From the NCBI GenBank assembly GCA_010015585.1, contig ML975160.1: a stretch of DNA of 64,000 nucleotides, one strand, 5' to 3'. Source of the DNA: Eremomyces bilateralis CBS 781.70. Lineage: Eukaryota. Each line of letters opens with the position of its first letter. The first letter of the stretch is position 1. Below are positions 22,177 to 36,258 of the stretch, one piece after another. Made by a program: the position numbers and the translations under genes. The notes beneath the pieces were generated by a model. The model searched no databases. It saw only the letters and a list, made by a program, of their open reading frames with translations, and was not told where the DNA came from.

Positions 22177-25100
22177 CTACAACTGCCCACTCAACACAGC
22201 CTCCGTCGCACTCCCAATATACTGCCTCTTCCCATCCAACCCTACCCCAAACCGCCTCTCCAACTCCAACTTAATGCTCTTCTTCGTTACGCTCATCAGA
22301 TCCGCCGTCTTCAAAATCTCCCGAATCTCTGCCAGCAGCGCATCGTCCGACGGCAGCGCCGCCATGTCGCCCATCTCCATCCCCAGGTTGTTGCTCCCAC
22401 CCGCCATATCGCCGTACCCCGACGGCACTAGCGATAGCCGCGACCCCGCCGCATACCGTGGCATGTCGAGCGTGGAGATCGGCCGCGACGGCGGCGCCGG
22501 GTACCCGTAGGGCGCGCCGCCGTATTCGCTCCCGGCGGTGGTGACGGGGGTGGCGAAGGGGCCCTGGCCACCCATGAAGCTCTTGGTGGCGTAGCTGAAG
22601 CCGGAGACCTCGCTGCGGTCATCGCGCTGGGTCTGGGCCTCCCAGAGCTCGGTCTGATAGTCCTCCCACTTCTTGCGGGGGATGGAGGCAGGGTCGAATT
22701 TCCCTTCGTCGGAGACGACGAGTTTCTTGCCTTTTTCGCCGGTGACGATTCGCGTATTGCCCCAGGTGAAGTCGTCCATATGCCAGAATGCGTATAGAGG
22801 GAGGCCGCAGGCGAAGATGGGGGTCGCGAGTAGGTAGATGATCATCCAGCCGATCATCTCCCATTTGCGGCGCAGGATGAAGATGATGGCTTGGAGGCCG
22901 TAGATTGCGCCGAGGAGGACGAAGGCCCAGATGGGGATGACAGAGCTATTTCGAGTAATAAGGATGATGAGATAAATGAGGTAGCCGACGATGACGGGTT
23001 GGACAATGGTAGAGAGCAAGTCGATGAAGACGACAAAGCGCATAGAGAAACAGCAGAATCCACAAAGCTGCTGCAATGGGATGAGTTCCATCAGGTTGTG
23101 CACCGTACTGTTAATCCATCGTCGTCGCTGCGACATGAACACCGTCCAGCTGTCTGGCGCGATGGTCCAGGCGTGCGCGCGGAAGATGTACTTCGTCTTG
23201 TACTTTGAATGATGTTTCAGCAGCAACGTGGTTAGATATCGGTCCTCGCCCAAGTGCAGCAGGTTCTTCATATGCAGTGTGTCCACACGGATGTTGCTAT
23301 AGTCCTCGATGATCTCCTTGCTCACGAACAGCGGCTTGCCCGTTTCCGCGGTGCGGATGCGGTACATGGAGAAACACCCAGGCAGACACGTCACGGAGCC
23401 GAACAGTGACTCGAACGCTTTGGTCAGATTGTGCGAGATATAGTATTCGTACACCTGGATCATGGTGACGAAGGAGGATTTCGCGTTCGAGAGCGCCGTC
23501 TCGCCGCACACGCCGATGACCCGCGTGTCGTGTAGGAACGAGGAGATCATCCGTGTGGCGGAGTCAGGAGCAACGACCGTGTCGGCGTCGATTTGGAAGA
23601 GGAATTCGTAGAACGTCGGGTTGACGCCGATGATGTTGCGGATTTGATGGTGCATTTCCAGCTCTAGTGGCGCCATTGGGAGATTGTAGTGGACGCGGTT
23701 GAGGAAGCGCATGAGAACCATTTGCGAGTCTCGCTTACCACGATTTCCAGGTCTGTCGAATGTCAGTATGCTCCCTCATCTTCCGAACCACCTCGAATTC
23801 CGAACTGATAAAAAATTCGAACGGAAAAACTCACTTCGTAACTTCACTCGGCTTCCCCACCTTCACAATCACCATAAACGGCACGATATGCCCCTGTGTC
23901 TCATACAGCCCACTATACACCTTCCCCATATTATGCTGCTTCATCCCCTCGCCCAGACTCTCAAAGCTCAACGGCTCCGGATCCGTCGTCTCCGGCACCC
24001 CCAAAATATCCAGCACTATGCGCGGCGTGCTGCGATCGTTCCCCTGCCCAATAATCATTCCGTCACAGATCAGCACCAGCAGTTTGCGCTTGTCGTCGTA
24101 CCGCATGCGCGCGGCGGAGTCGATAGCGCGACGCAGGGAGTCCTCGTCTTCGGTATACGCCGGCACGGTGCAGATGACGAACTTGTCGAGGTTCTCCGGG
24201 ATGTTTTTCTTGCCGAACTGGAGCGCCGCGAGGAACTTGAACCCGATCACGCTGACCAGCACCAACGAGATGGCGAGGAGGAGGTACTTGGCGAACTGGC
24301 ACTGCGTGCTGTTCCGCGTGTCCACGTCGCCCACGTAGAACAGGTTGGTCAGACAGGCAGACATGCGAGATTTTTCGGCCGTCGTCATTTGCAGGGCGTC
24401 CCAGTACTTGGTGACGTCTAGCCCGGCGCGCTGCTGGAAGAGGTCGACGACGCGGGAGTCCATGAAGTTGACGTCGGGTTTGGTTTCTGGTTGCTCCATG
24501 CCTGGTGGGTACTGCGCGATGCGTCCGCCTGGGACGTAGGAGGTAAAGTCGTAGACGCGCTCGTTGAGGATGGCGATGGAGTTGCCCTTGCTGGCGAGCG
24601 TTTTGAGGTATTGCGGGGAGTACCCGACACGGCCCTTCTGATAATTCGCTTTGAGGTACATCTGCTTCTCGTACCACCAGTCGCGGCGCGAGTCGTTGGT
24701 CCAAGAGCGGAAATCGTGGTATTTGGCGTTGTTGTCGGTCAGCGACACCAAGGCGGGCGACCCGGAGTAATTGGAGTTCTGGTAGTTCAGATTCACAGCC
24801 GGGTCAATGGTGCCGTCTTTGCCTTCGCAGAGTGCGGAGACTTGCACCGGGAAGAGATTCGTGGCGTCGACACCGGCGTATTTCTTCAGGGCAGACTGCG
24901 GTACGATATTGGGGTAGTGGACGGGAGCGAAGGCGTCGAGGTCGTACACGACGCCGCGGATGGCGACAAAGGCGGAGTGACCATCTTTGCCGTCGTGGGT
25001 GGCAAGTTCGGAAGCGGAGAAAACGTGTTGGGTAGGGCAGATGAGTTCGGGGAACCCGACTGCAAGATATTAGCACGGCTGTCCACGCTGCTCATCTCCA

Positions 25101-28092
25101 GGAAAATAAGGCAGGATGAAACTTACTCATAAAAAAGATCACCGCCGCACAACTTAACCAAATCAACATATTAATCGCCAACTTCTCCCTCCACGCCACT
25201 CGCACATCCTTCCTTCCCATCCTTCCCACAAACCGGACCAAAAAATCCGGCACCCACCACGTCAACGCATACACCACCACCAGCCACCGCTTCCGACTCC
25301 CCGTCACCACCGCCTCGTCCACCGTCTCCATCTTCTTCTCCCCGGCCTTCTCCGCCATCTGCTCCCGCGTCGCTAGGTTGCGGAACATGTCACCTCCGGT
25401 CATCACGCTGATCCCCGCCTCCGACTTTCCGTCCGCGGGGACTTCCCGCCCGAAGTACCCCGCCGCTTTGTCGTCGTGGTAGAACGCCGCCGGCGACGAC
25501 CCGTTCGAGCCCATCAGCCGCGTCTGCGGATCAAACCGCCCTCCGGTGGGCGACAGCAGGTTATTCTCGTCAGTGTCCCCGCCCTCTGGGTAGCCAAGTG
25601 CGCCTCGCGACCCGACGAGCGAGTCCGCCGCGATGCCCGCGAGCATCGCCCAGCAGCGCTCGGAGAAAAACACCCCGGTGCTCCCCACGCGGGCTTCCTG
25701 CTCGGGCCAGCGCCGCTCATCGATGACGATCTCGCAGCGCTCGCGCTCGCTGCCAACGATGCTTGATCCGAGGCCCATACCGCCATTCGTGCCCTTCGCC
25801 TCGGCGAGGCTGAGCACCTCGCCGAAGGGAAGGAAGACGGAGAAATCCGCGCTGCGGAGCCGCGTCGAGATCTCGGCGATGCCGAAGGTCTGCAGCTGGT
25901 GGCGGACGCACTTGCTGTCGAACTGGTTGGCGATGCGGCGGTCGTTGGGCTTGAGGCAGAAGATGAAGTACGGGTTGGTGTTGGGGAGGGAGAGGGACTT
26001 GGTGATGGTGGTGAGAGAGCTGAGGTATTGGGCGGCCGCACCCTGCTGCATGCCCGCGGCGTTGGTGGTCGGGTTGCGGCTACGTGAGACGCTACGTTCG
26101 GCGCGGGGGTCGTCATCGTCTTCTTCTTCGCTGGTGCGCCGACCGGCGCGGCGGCCGCGGGTAGTGGCGCCCAGTTTGCGGCGGGCCATGCTGGGTTTGC
26201 GGGCGGGTTTGCTGGCAAGGGAGGCCTGTACGATGGCGGTCTTCTCCTGGGGGTGGTGGATGGTGTTGAGGGCGGGCTGGCCGAACAGGTCGCGCACGAA
26301 GGAGCTGCGGGTGGAGTTGATGAGGTTGAGCATGTCGCCGGCGATGACCTCGGCGTTGGCATCGAGGAGGCCGTCGGCTGGGTATTCGACGGCGCCGGCG
26401 AAGTGGCGGATGGTGAAGGAGGCGGCGGCGTTGGCGGAGGCGAAGTTGCTGCCGGGGAGGACGGCGGTCGCGGCGCTGACGTCGATGCTGGGCGACTTGC
26501 CGGTGAACCGCTTGCGGATGGTGTCGATGAACTGGGCGTCGGTCTTGCCGCGGCGGGTTTGGTCGTCGAGGATACTGAGGAGGCCGTTGCCGGGCTTCAG
26601 GAGCATCTTGACCGCGTCGCTGTTGTCGAAGTAGCTCGTCGCCGGCACCGTCACGTCTTCCGTCTGCAGGAGGTCTTCCGGTCGGTCGAAGAAGCTCTGC
26701 AGGGTGAAATTGTACAGTGACTCTCCCGCCGCGTTGGTGAGCAGCTGGTCGAGCGTATCGCCCCCAGCCGACTGATGCATAAAGCCGGGGAAGTCGACGA
26801 TGGAAATTGTGTTCGCAACCGTGTCTTCCACCGCACAGATGCGCTGATTGATCGACTCGATGACATACGCCACGAGCAGCCCATACAGCGTCCGCGCCAA
26901 CTCATCCGCGTTGTCCCGTGCGCCTTTCGGATCCAGCATCACCGTCACGCGCTCCCGATGCACCGTCCGCGTTTTATACCCCAAACTCTGCTCCAGATCC
27001 TCCGCCTGGAGCCCCAAAAACGCTGCGACGATGTTCAAACAGTCCTTATTCCGCACCACCGTGACATCTTCTCCACCTTCATGGGAGAATCCGCCGCTAT
27101 CGTCGCCCGTCGGCGTGGTCGACTGCGTCATCATGAAATCCAGCTGCCCGATATGCAGAATCGCCGCCAAGATCTGGCAGATCTCCGCGATCTCGCTACG
27201 CGGGAACTCCAGTTTGCGGAGGGCGGACTTAAACGCCTGGAACCCCTCGGCGTCGTTGATCCCGACCTGCAGCTGCGAACGATGGCCGAGATAGCGCCAG
27301 AACTTGCCGCCGGCGGACGCACGACTCCCGGGCTCATTGGCCACGATGCCTGGATTGTCGAGGCCGAGGTGCTGTTTTTCGGAGGGGGTGGTGCCCGCAA
27401 GGAGGTAGTAGAGGATGTGGAAGTTGCGCTCGCCGGTGGGGACTTTGGTGACGCGGGAGCGTTCGAGGCGGTGGTCGAGGAGCTTGCCGCCGATGAGGAC
27501 CGGGTGGAGGGTGGTGGAGGTGTCGTATTGGAATTCGTAGAAGAGGCCGGATTTCGAGGCAGTGGGGGTGGTGGCGGCCTTGGTGGTGGTGAGGGTGTCG
27601 AAGACGTAGGCGGCGTAGGAGAGTTTCCCGGATAAGGGGGTGGAGGTGTATGAGAGGAGGGATGAGATGAGGTGGGATCGAAGGGTGGTTTTGCCGGAGC
27701 CGGATTCTCCTCTATTACGAGTTAGATTTGACCTATGATATTCCGAACACGAGCTCTGAATAGTGTGCATAACAAGAAAAGGAGACTTACAAGAATACCA
27801 CCGCCTGATTCTCCCCCCGATGTCCCAATCTCGTCCACGCCCTCGACGCCAACTCCTTCACCCCCGCCAACGCGCTCCCCTCCTCTGTGCCATTCGGCCC
27901 CTGGGCACTCGACTTGAAATTATTGACGGAGATGAGCGCCCGACTGGACAGCGTCGCGGTGGCCAAGTTCGCGTGGAACCGGCTGGCGAGGTGCGCGGTG
28001 AGGTTGGTATCGGACTGCAGGTGTTCGGGGAGGGCGTGGAGGGAAGACTCCGCGTGCTGGGAGGGGAAGCTGGACATGGTGTTTAACGCCAT
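22177..28092 (-). CDS. csmA: Class V chitin synthase with myosin motor-like domain, cytochrome b5-like domains and DEK-C, 4 exons
   Basis: P-loop GESGSGKT (via intron 27712-27790), [32 protein letters not shown]-terminal [14 protein letters not shown]. Other introns 25060-25126 and 23753-23834. Confidence 0.95.
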
Positions 28093-30850
28093 GGGAATTA
28101 GGGGATGAGGTGAGGTAGGAATGGGAGATGATGGGTAGCCTCCCCTGGTGGGGAGCGCAGGGCAGATTACGAAGGGTGTCGAGAGTCCAAGGATGGATTT
28201 CGAGGAGTTGGATTAGCTGGATTGACAAGATTGGGATTCGAAGGTGTTGGAAGGCTGCTCGCGAGGACAAGAGGCGTGAAATGAGGATGGAAGGCAACAG
28301 TTCTTCCCAAGCAACGACCTCGAAAACGATGTCGGGTTCCAGGGGGAATTGAATCTGGCAACCTGGCAACGACGGGTGATATTAAGCGAATGATAATAAA
28401 CCCCAAATGCAAATAGTACCAGAAGCGAAAGATTGCGAAGATGCAAAAGATGGCAACGAGGGAGGTTCGTCCAGAGGAACGGGTGGTGGAGCGAAAGACG
28501 TGGTGATGGTTACTGGAGCAGGAAACGAAAGCGAATTGTGAGGCGTGAGGTCCACCGGAGTTGTTTGGACTTGGGACTTTCGAGTTTGGAGAGAGTTCAT
28601 GATACTAAGCCTCTGTGGGTGTATATTACATTACCATTGTACTTGGGGTTATTAGGGGCATTGTAGATCTTAGGGCCATTGGTGTGAGGCAAAATCGGGG
28701 TGAAAACAATAGTGCGGGCTATTTCGAGGAAACAGAGCGAGACTAGACAGGGACACTAGACAAGGGACCATCAGTCAACATACGTAGTAGGTTGGATTAG
28801 GTATCGTTGGGAATTGGGATCGAGTGGCGGCGATGGTCAAGTCTAATGATCGATGCTTGGCTGCATGTGCTTGTGTTGATTTCCATCTGGAATTCTGTAT
28901 AGAGAATTTCATGAATTCGTGGATGTAGTTGATTCATGGGCTGTTGAAGCTCAGCTGAATCTATCGCTCTTCTCTTCCTCTCCCTCTCCTTCACCCACCA
29001 CCAACTAAACTCGACGCTTCCCATCTCCACCTTCCAGAACACCATCATTCGATCTCCCCAAATTTTCCTACATCCAGGGATCCCCCGTCGTCCGGGGTTA
29101 CTGAAGTGTTACCAAGCTCCGCTCCGCGGGCACAAGCCCGGCTGTGAGACGGCCTAGGCTCTGGCTCTGTGCTCTATGGCAAAAATTCTCTTTAGGAAAG
29201 GGGAACCGCACGAGCAGGAAAAGGGACATTATGGAACTTGGAAGGACGGGTGGCTCGAGTGTGATCGTCATTCGTCCCGTCCGAGGTGTAACGAAACTTT
29301 CTTCTCTGGCGGGTATCCTTGTAGAGCTGAGGAGGTAGACGATATGTTTAGGTGTTTCTGTTGGCGATAAAGGAGAATAGTTAGGCGACAGAGAATACTG
29401 CCAGGCGTCCTACCTAAGCCTCAATACAATATTACAGTTCAGCAAGCTTCGCGAGCCCGATGATGGTGTATTGGGTAGCGAAAGCAAGCGATGGGCGACT
29501 ATTTTTGGCGGATGATCATACGTGGGATGGTGGACCATAGTTTGGGGATGGGACGGCACAGGACAAACCGCTTTTCTTCACAGCGAAGTCATCCGAATCA
29601 TCTGGACAACGGTTGGAAGGCATTCAAAGGGCCCATTGTCTATTGGCTGGGGACATGAATTGTACTGACCCGAGGTCTAGAATGATCGATGAGACCAAGT
29701 GTAAACATTGCCATTTCCCTATATATCATTCCAGTTGACAGTTGACAGTTGTAGATGTTTCCCTGCGCGGACCCTGTAGAAGAAAAGTTGGTAGGTGGTA
29801 GACGAACCGCACCGAACCACTCCATGCTGGCGGCTACATCATTCATGTGGATATCCTGCTTGCCTCGATCCGCTGTCCAGGACTCAGGAGTTATTGTCTC
29901 AACCTCGACGATAAAAAAACTCTCTCTTATGATATGAGACGGATGACCAACACTCAACGATTTGGATTTGGCGATGCTAAATTCGGGACACACTTCGCCA
30001 CCATCGGAATCGCTGCCGTCCACGGCAATATGATACAGTAATATGATACGCCGTAGCGCTGACAACCATCCCTTATTAGCCCCCCTGCAGCTCTCACCCA
30101 ATATTACCGCGCTAGACTGGATAGAAACAATACTAAATGCAACTAAACAATCAACATGGCAACGCACAGTGGACACCATCAGGAGAATAAGGAGGAATTA
30201 GTCCGGGAATGTGATTGGGGGCTTGTTTCGTGTAATGCTCCGGTAACCGTGGAGAATCCTGCAGGCTGCAACAGAGCGATGCGAGTTCGAGAACAGTCCG
30301 TGGTCTTAGCTGCGATTTGCGAAGGGCTTAAGGGCTAAGGCTAATACGCTCATCGTGAGGTCCCTCTCGTTCGCTGGATCCTCGTCTGCTCCGTTGGTCA
30401 GAGTGTCTATCAGTTGTCCCCTTGTTCTGCAGAACAACGTGTTGCTGCTCCATGTTTCCACGACCACCACCCATTTTCTTTGGATGAGAGCCCGTTGGCC
30501 TGCCATCGTTTTTGACTTCATCTCATCCTTCATCTTTCGTTACATGATTGATTCTATTTCATCTTGACTAATACGGTCATTGCATTCGCTTGCTGTGCTT
30601 GGGGGTCTGTTCCCATCTTGCTCTCGCTTGCTTGACATTCGCTTCTATCCCCTTCGGTGCTGACGAGACGAAACACACGAAGACAACTGCAGCCTCGAAG
30701 AAGTCGGCACAACTTCATCAGGATATCTTGTGAAACCTGCAGGCTATCTCAAATTCTATTCATTCATCTACTATTGATATAATTCATTCATCCATCGATC
30801 GAATCATCAACACAACAACACCCTGAGGACAGCGTCGTCCAACCGCCAAC

Positions 30851-33800
30851 ATGGCGAGTTACAATAATAACCGGAATTCCACCTTCTCAACCCTCTCGGG
30901 TCCGACGTCTTCCTCCCAGCAGGTATCGACGACCACCCTCCTCAATGCTCTGCATACGTCGTATCAATCCGGCCAGCCGCTGGTCTTGGAATCCAGCACC
31001 AGCTTGGTGGTAAACACATGGTTGACCGCGTCGAATACCGGCCCCGATGGACGGTATGGCGGCACAGTCGACGTTGAACTTGGTAGAAAAGCATGGGAAC
31101 ACGCCCGCCGGCGAGCAGAGGATGCATGTGTGATTCTTGGGTACGCTCCCTCCCCAATCTTCCAAGTTCCATCCTCAAACTAACTCCCACAGCTCCCTTC
31201 ACGAATCCATCCCGTCCCTCTTCGCCCCCTTCGTCTCCGCCCTCCCCATCTCCGTTCCCTCCGCCGTCTACACCGCCCTCCAAGTCCTCCGCCCCTTCAC
31301 CCACTGCGTCACCCCAACCAATCCCTCCCTCCCTCGCCACTCCTCCCTCTCCGCCACCTTCGCCCTCTCCCTCGACGGCGACCTCGCCTCCGCCCGGCTC
31401 GCCCTCTCCACCTCCGGCATCGACACCCAGCTCGGCCTCCTCAACGTCCCTGACGCCCCCGGCCACCGCGCCTTCGACGTCTTCTACTACCTCAACTCCT
31501 CCTCCGCCTCCCAGGCCGAGCGCGACGCCCTTGACCTCCGCGCTCCCTCCGCCTACTCCCTCCTCAACCGCTCTGGCACCTACCATCCCCCCACCTACCT
31601 CCCCACCGCCGACGACGCCGCCGCCGCCGAAGACTTCCGTGCGAACCTCAAATCCCTCGGCATCCGCGGCCCCGCGCTCCGGAACCTGATCAGCACGCTC
31701 GCCGGCCTCCTGAAGCTCGGGGACACCCTCGGGTATCTGGTCGACGAGGATGTGCTGGTGCGGGTGTGCGACGACGCTGCAGACCTCCTGGATGTCGATG
31801 CGGAGGTGTTGCGGCGGAAATGCGACACCGTCGACCGCGAGGCGCTGATTGCGGGAGTGTACGAAGCGTTGGTGGACTGGGTGGTGGCGCGGGCGAACGA
31901 GGCGATCAAGGCGGAGTTGGCGGGGATTGAGGGGCACGGAGCGGACGTCGATCTCGGCGATTCAGTGTCCATCACGGTGGTGGAGATTCCCGGTCAGATG
32001 TTGGGGAAGGCGGCGGCGTTGAAGACGGTGTTCGATGATAGCGATGGGATTAATCTGGAGATGAAGGAGGATGGCGTGTTGGTGGAGTCGGCAGGATCAT
32101 CGGTGCTAAGGGAGGTGAACAATGCCGTCGCGGAGTGCGGGTATGAGCTTGGTATGCGATCCGACTCCGCCGCCCACCGCGACCGGGACATCGCCACCGA
32201 TCGTCGCGAGGCCGTCCTCGAAAAAGTCGCCCACTCCATCGACGACGACAGCTTCCTCAAGTCCCTCCTCCTCCCCACCCCGAACGCCGGCATCCTCCTC
32301 GGCACCCCCCAATCTGGCCGTTTCGACCTCTCCGCCCTCATCTCCTCCTCCCGTGTCTGGTTCCACCTCTGCCTTTACCCCACCGACGATCTCCCCGCCT
32401 CCCTCACCACTTCCCTCACCCCCTGGTCTGCCGGCGCCGTCTCCCGCCAACTCCGCACCTGGCGCCTCCCCGAATGGGCCACCCGCCGCAACCGCGCCCT
32501 CGACTACACCGCCGACTTCGACGTCGACGAGTTCGTTGCCCGCTACGCCCGCCTCGGATGCCTCGAGGGCAAAGACGGCGTCGAGTCCTGGATCATGGAG
32601 CGCGGCTGGAGCAATGGCGAGGTCTACCTCGGCCACGAGCGCGTGTGGATCCGTGAGTCCGCGTGGTGGGAGGCGGAAAGCATGCTCGATCTCAAACTCA
32701 ACGAGCCGCCACCGCCGCCGCCCGCTCAGGAGCTGTTCCCCGCGCCGAGCCCTGGCATGGGGGGAAACGGCTACTTTGGGAACCAGTTCGCGGATAACGC
32801 CACATTGCGCGGGAGTCGTGAGGATCTGATGCGCCGGCAAAGTAGCGCGACGGGGCTGGCGAAGAGCATCGCGCCGACGACGCAGCAGAGCGCGATCGGT
32901 GACTATGGGCTGGGGTCGAAGGGCGACGAGCATAAGGGCGTCACGTTCGGTAATGATCTGGATGCGGAGCTCGGGCAGAATCGCGTTGTGGAAGCGCGCC
33001 CGATCACGGCGGGCAGAAGGTTTTGGGTGGGTCTGGTGTGGGCTCTGACGTTTTGGATCCCCTCGCCGGCGCTGCGGTACATCGGGCGGATGAAGCGCCC
33101 GGACGTACGCCTGGCGTGGCGGGAGAAGGTGGTGCTAATGTTCATCATCTTCCTGCTAAACGGCATCGTGGTGTTCTACATCATCCAGTTCGGGAAACTA
33201 CTCTGTCCGAACTGGAACAAGGCGTGGGATAAGAAAGAGGTCGGTTATCATCAAGGCGACGACGATTTCTGGGTCTCGCATGCCGGAAAGGTGTATGATC
33301 TGTCCAAGTTTTGGAGGATTCAGCACTCCGACACGGCGATCGAGACGACGAAGGATAACATGCAACCGTTCGGCGGGGTGAATATGGATTCGTACATCCG
33401 CCCACCGCTGACCATCGCCTGTCCGAATTTGGTGACCGACACCATGGTCAAGCTGGACACCAACGAGACGCTGACTGATCCGTCCGCCGCCCACACGTCC
33501 GGCCCAACCTACCAGACGGACCCGACAACGGCACTGCACGACATCAACTGGTACACGCAGTCGTTCCTGCCGCGGATGAAGGAGTTTTACAAGGGAGATC
33601 TGGTCATTGATAAGAACTTCGTGAAGGATGATGGGAAAAATAATAACCATCAATGGGTCATCATCGACAACAGCATCTACGATCTCACCGACTACTTCTA
33701 CACGCAGAAGCGTTTCCAGGGGCGTGACCCGCGCTACAATTTCTTGGACCCCGCCGTCGAGGACTTGGTGAAGAATAACCCCGGCGAGGACATCACCGAC

Positions 33801-36258
33801 CGCTGGATCGACAAGCTCAACCGCACCACCAAAGGCGCCCACAAGCAATGCTTCGACAACTACTTCTACGCCGGCAAAACCGACTTCCGCAAGACCCCTA
33901 AATGCGAAGTGCAAAACTACATCCTCCTCGCCTTCACTGTCGTCCTTGCCTCCGTCATCCTCACGAAATTCCTGGCCGCCCTCCAACTCGGCTCCAAGCG
34001 CCGCCCGGAACAGCAAGACAAATTCGTCATCTGCCAAGTCCCCGCCTACACCGAAGGCGAAGACCAGCTCCGCAAGTCCCTCGACAGTCTCACCGCCCTC
34101 GCCTACGACAACAAACGCAAGCTCATCACCGTTATCTGCGACGGCATGATCGTCGGCGGCGGCAACGACCGCCCCACCCCCAAAATCGTCCTCGACATCC
34201 TCGGCGTCGACCCCAAAACCGACCCGCCCGCCCTCCCCTTCAAGTCCGTCGGCAACGGCTCCGAGCAGCTCAACTACGGGAAGGTCTATTCCGGCCTCTA
34301 CGAGTACGAGGGCAACGTCGTCCCGTACCTCGTCGTCGTCAAGGTCGGGAAGGAGTCCGAACAGCGGAAAACGAAGCCGGGGAACCGCGGGAAGCGGGAT
34401 TCGCAGGTCCTCCTCATGTCATTCCTCAATCGCGTGCATCATCGCGCGCCCATGTCGCCGCTCGAGCTCGAGATGTATCACCAGATCAACAACATCATCG
34501 GCGTCGACCCGGAGCTCTACGAGTATCTGCTGATGGTCGACGCGGACACGATGGTGAAGGAGGATAGTTTGAATCGGCTGGTGGCGAGTTGCGCGAACGA
34601 TGCGAAGATCGCGGGGATTTGTGGGGAAACGAGCTTGGAGAACGAGGAAAGGAGTTGGTGGACGATGATTCAGGTGTATGAGTATTATATCAGTCATCAT
34701 TTGGCGAAGGCGTTTGAGAGTTTGTTTGGGAGCGTGACGTGTTTGCCGGGCTGGTAAGTTTTTTTTTTCATCCGCTTCGACGGGTTCTTCCCTAATTCTC
34801 GATGCTAACTTGTCTAGCTTCTGCATGTACCGCATTCGCACTGCCGACAAAGGAAAGCCTCTCGTTATATCCGACAACTTGATCCGCGAGTACGCCGACT
34901 GCGAGGTCGATACCCTGCATAAGAAGAATCTGCTCGCGCTTGGAGAGGATCGGTACCTCACGACCCTTATGACCAAGTACTTCCCGCACATGTCCTACCG
35001 GTTCGTTCCGGACGCCTACGCGCAGACCGCCGCCCCCGAAACCTGGTCGGTCCTGCTCTCGCAACGACGTCGCTGGATCAACTCGACTATCCATAACCTG
35101 GCGGAGCTGATGTTCCTGAAGGACCTGTGCGGGTTCTGTTGCTTCAGCATGCGATTCGTGGTCATCCTCGATCTGTTCGGGACGATCATCCTGCCGGCGA
35201 CGTGCGCGTATCTGGCGTATCTGATCTACGTGGTCGCCACCGGCAGCGGGCCGTTCCCGCTGATCTCGATCATCTTGCTGGCCGCGGTGTACGGTCTCCA
35301 GGCGATCATCTTCATCATCAAACGCCAATGGCAACATATCGGCTGGATGATCATCTACCTCCTCGCCTTCCCGATCTACTCGTTCGTTCTCCCCGTCTAC
35401 TCCTTCTGGAAGCAAGACGACTTCAGTTGGGGCAACACCCGTATCGTAGTCGCCGAAAAGGGCACCAAGCAAGTCGTCTCCCTTGAAGACGAGCACTTCG
35501 ACCCCCGCTCCATTCCCCTCCAGCGCTGGGACGACTACGCCGACCAAAACGGCCTCCCCGGCCGCCGCGGCATCCCCACCGCCCCCGGGACCCCCTCCCC
35601 CTTCGAAAAATTCGGCACCTCCATCTACGAAGCCCCTGCCAATCACCACACCTCATTCATCCAGCCCGCCATCCCCATGAACCCCATGCACCACGACGAC
35701 CTCCACTCTGTCTACTCCTCCGTCCCCCCCGCCTCCACCATCCTCACGTCCTTCCCGCCCGGCGCCCACGTCGCCCCCGCTACCGCTAGCCCCGTCAACC
35801 CCTTCGCCTCCACCGCCAACCGTCAATCTACCTACTCCTTCGTCGGCAACCAAGACGTCCGCCAGAGCACTGGAAACCTCTCTGACCACTTCACCCACAT
35901 GCAGAACGCCCGCGCCTCTGGCAGCCAAGCGGACCTGCTCGGCCCCTCGCGCCGCTCCACCCCCGGTCTCGGCGGCATGGGCGCGATGGGAATGGGCGGC
36001 GGTGCGGGCGCAGGTGGCAGCCCGTACGGCGGGGTGAGCCGACCAGTGTCGACGGTGAACTTTCAGAACATGGCGAACGGGCCGACGAACGAGCAGATCG
36101 CGGAGGCGGTGCGGGAGTGTTTGCGGGAGGTGGATCTGGATACGGTGACGAAGAAGCAGTTGAAGGCGTTGGCGGAGCAGCGGTTGCAGACAGCGTTGGT
36201 GGGGGAGAAGAAGGTGTATTTGGATGGGGTGATTGATTATGAGTTGGCGAATATGTAG
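30851..36258 (+). CDS. csmB: Class VII (CsmB-like) chitin synthase with short myosin motor-like domain, 3 exons
   Basis: [19 protein letters not shown], no P-loop, [32 protein letters not shown]. Introns 31141-31192 and 34754-34817. Divergent from the class V gene. Confidence 0.95.

Noticed and set aside
29640..30179. 179-aa ORF between the chitin synthases
   Set aside because: No recognisable motifs or codon bias; lies in a shared promoter region.
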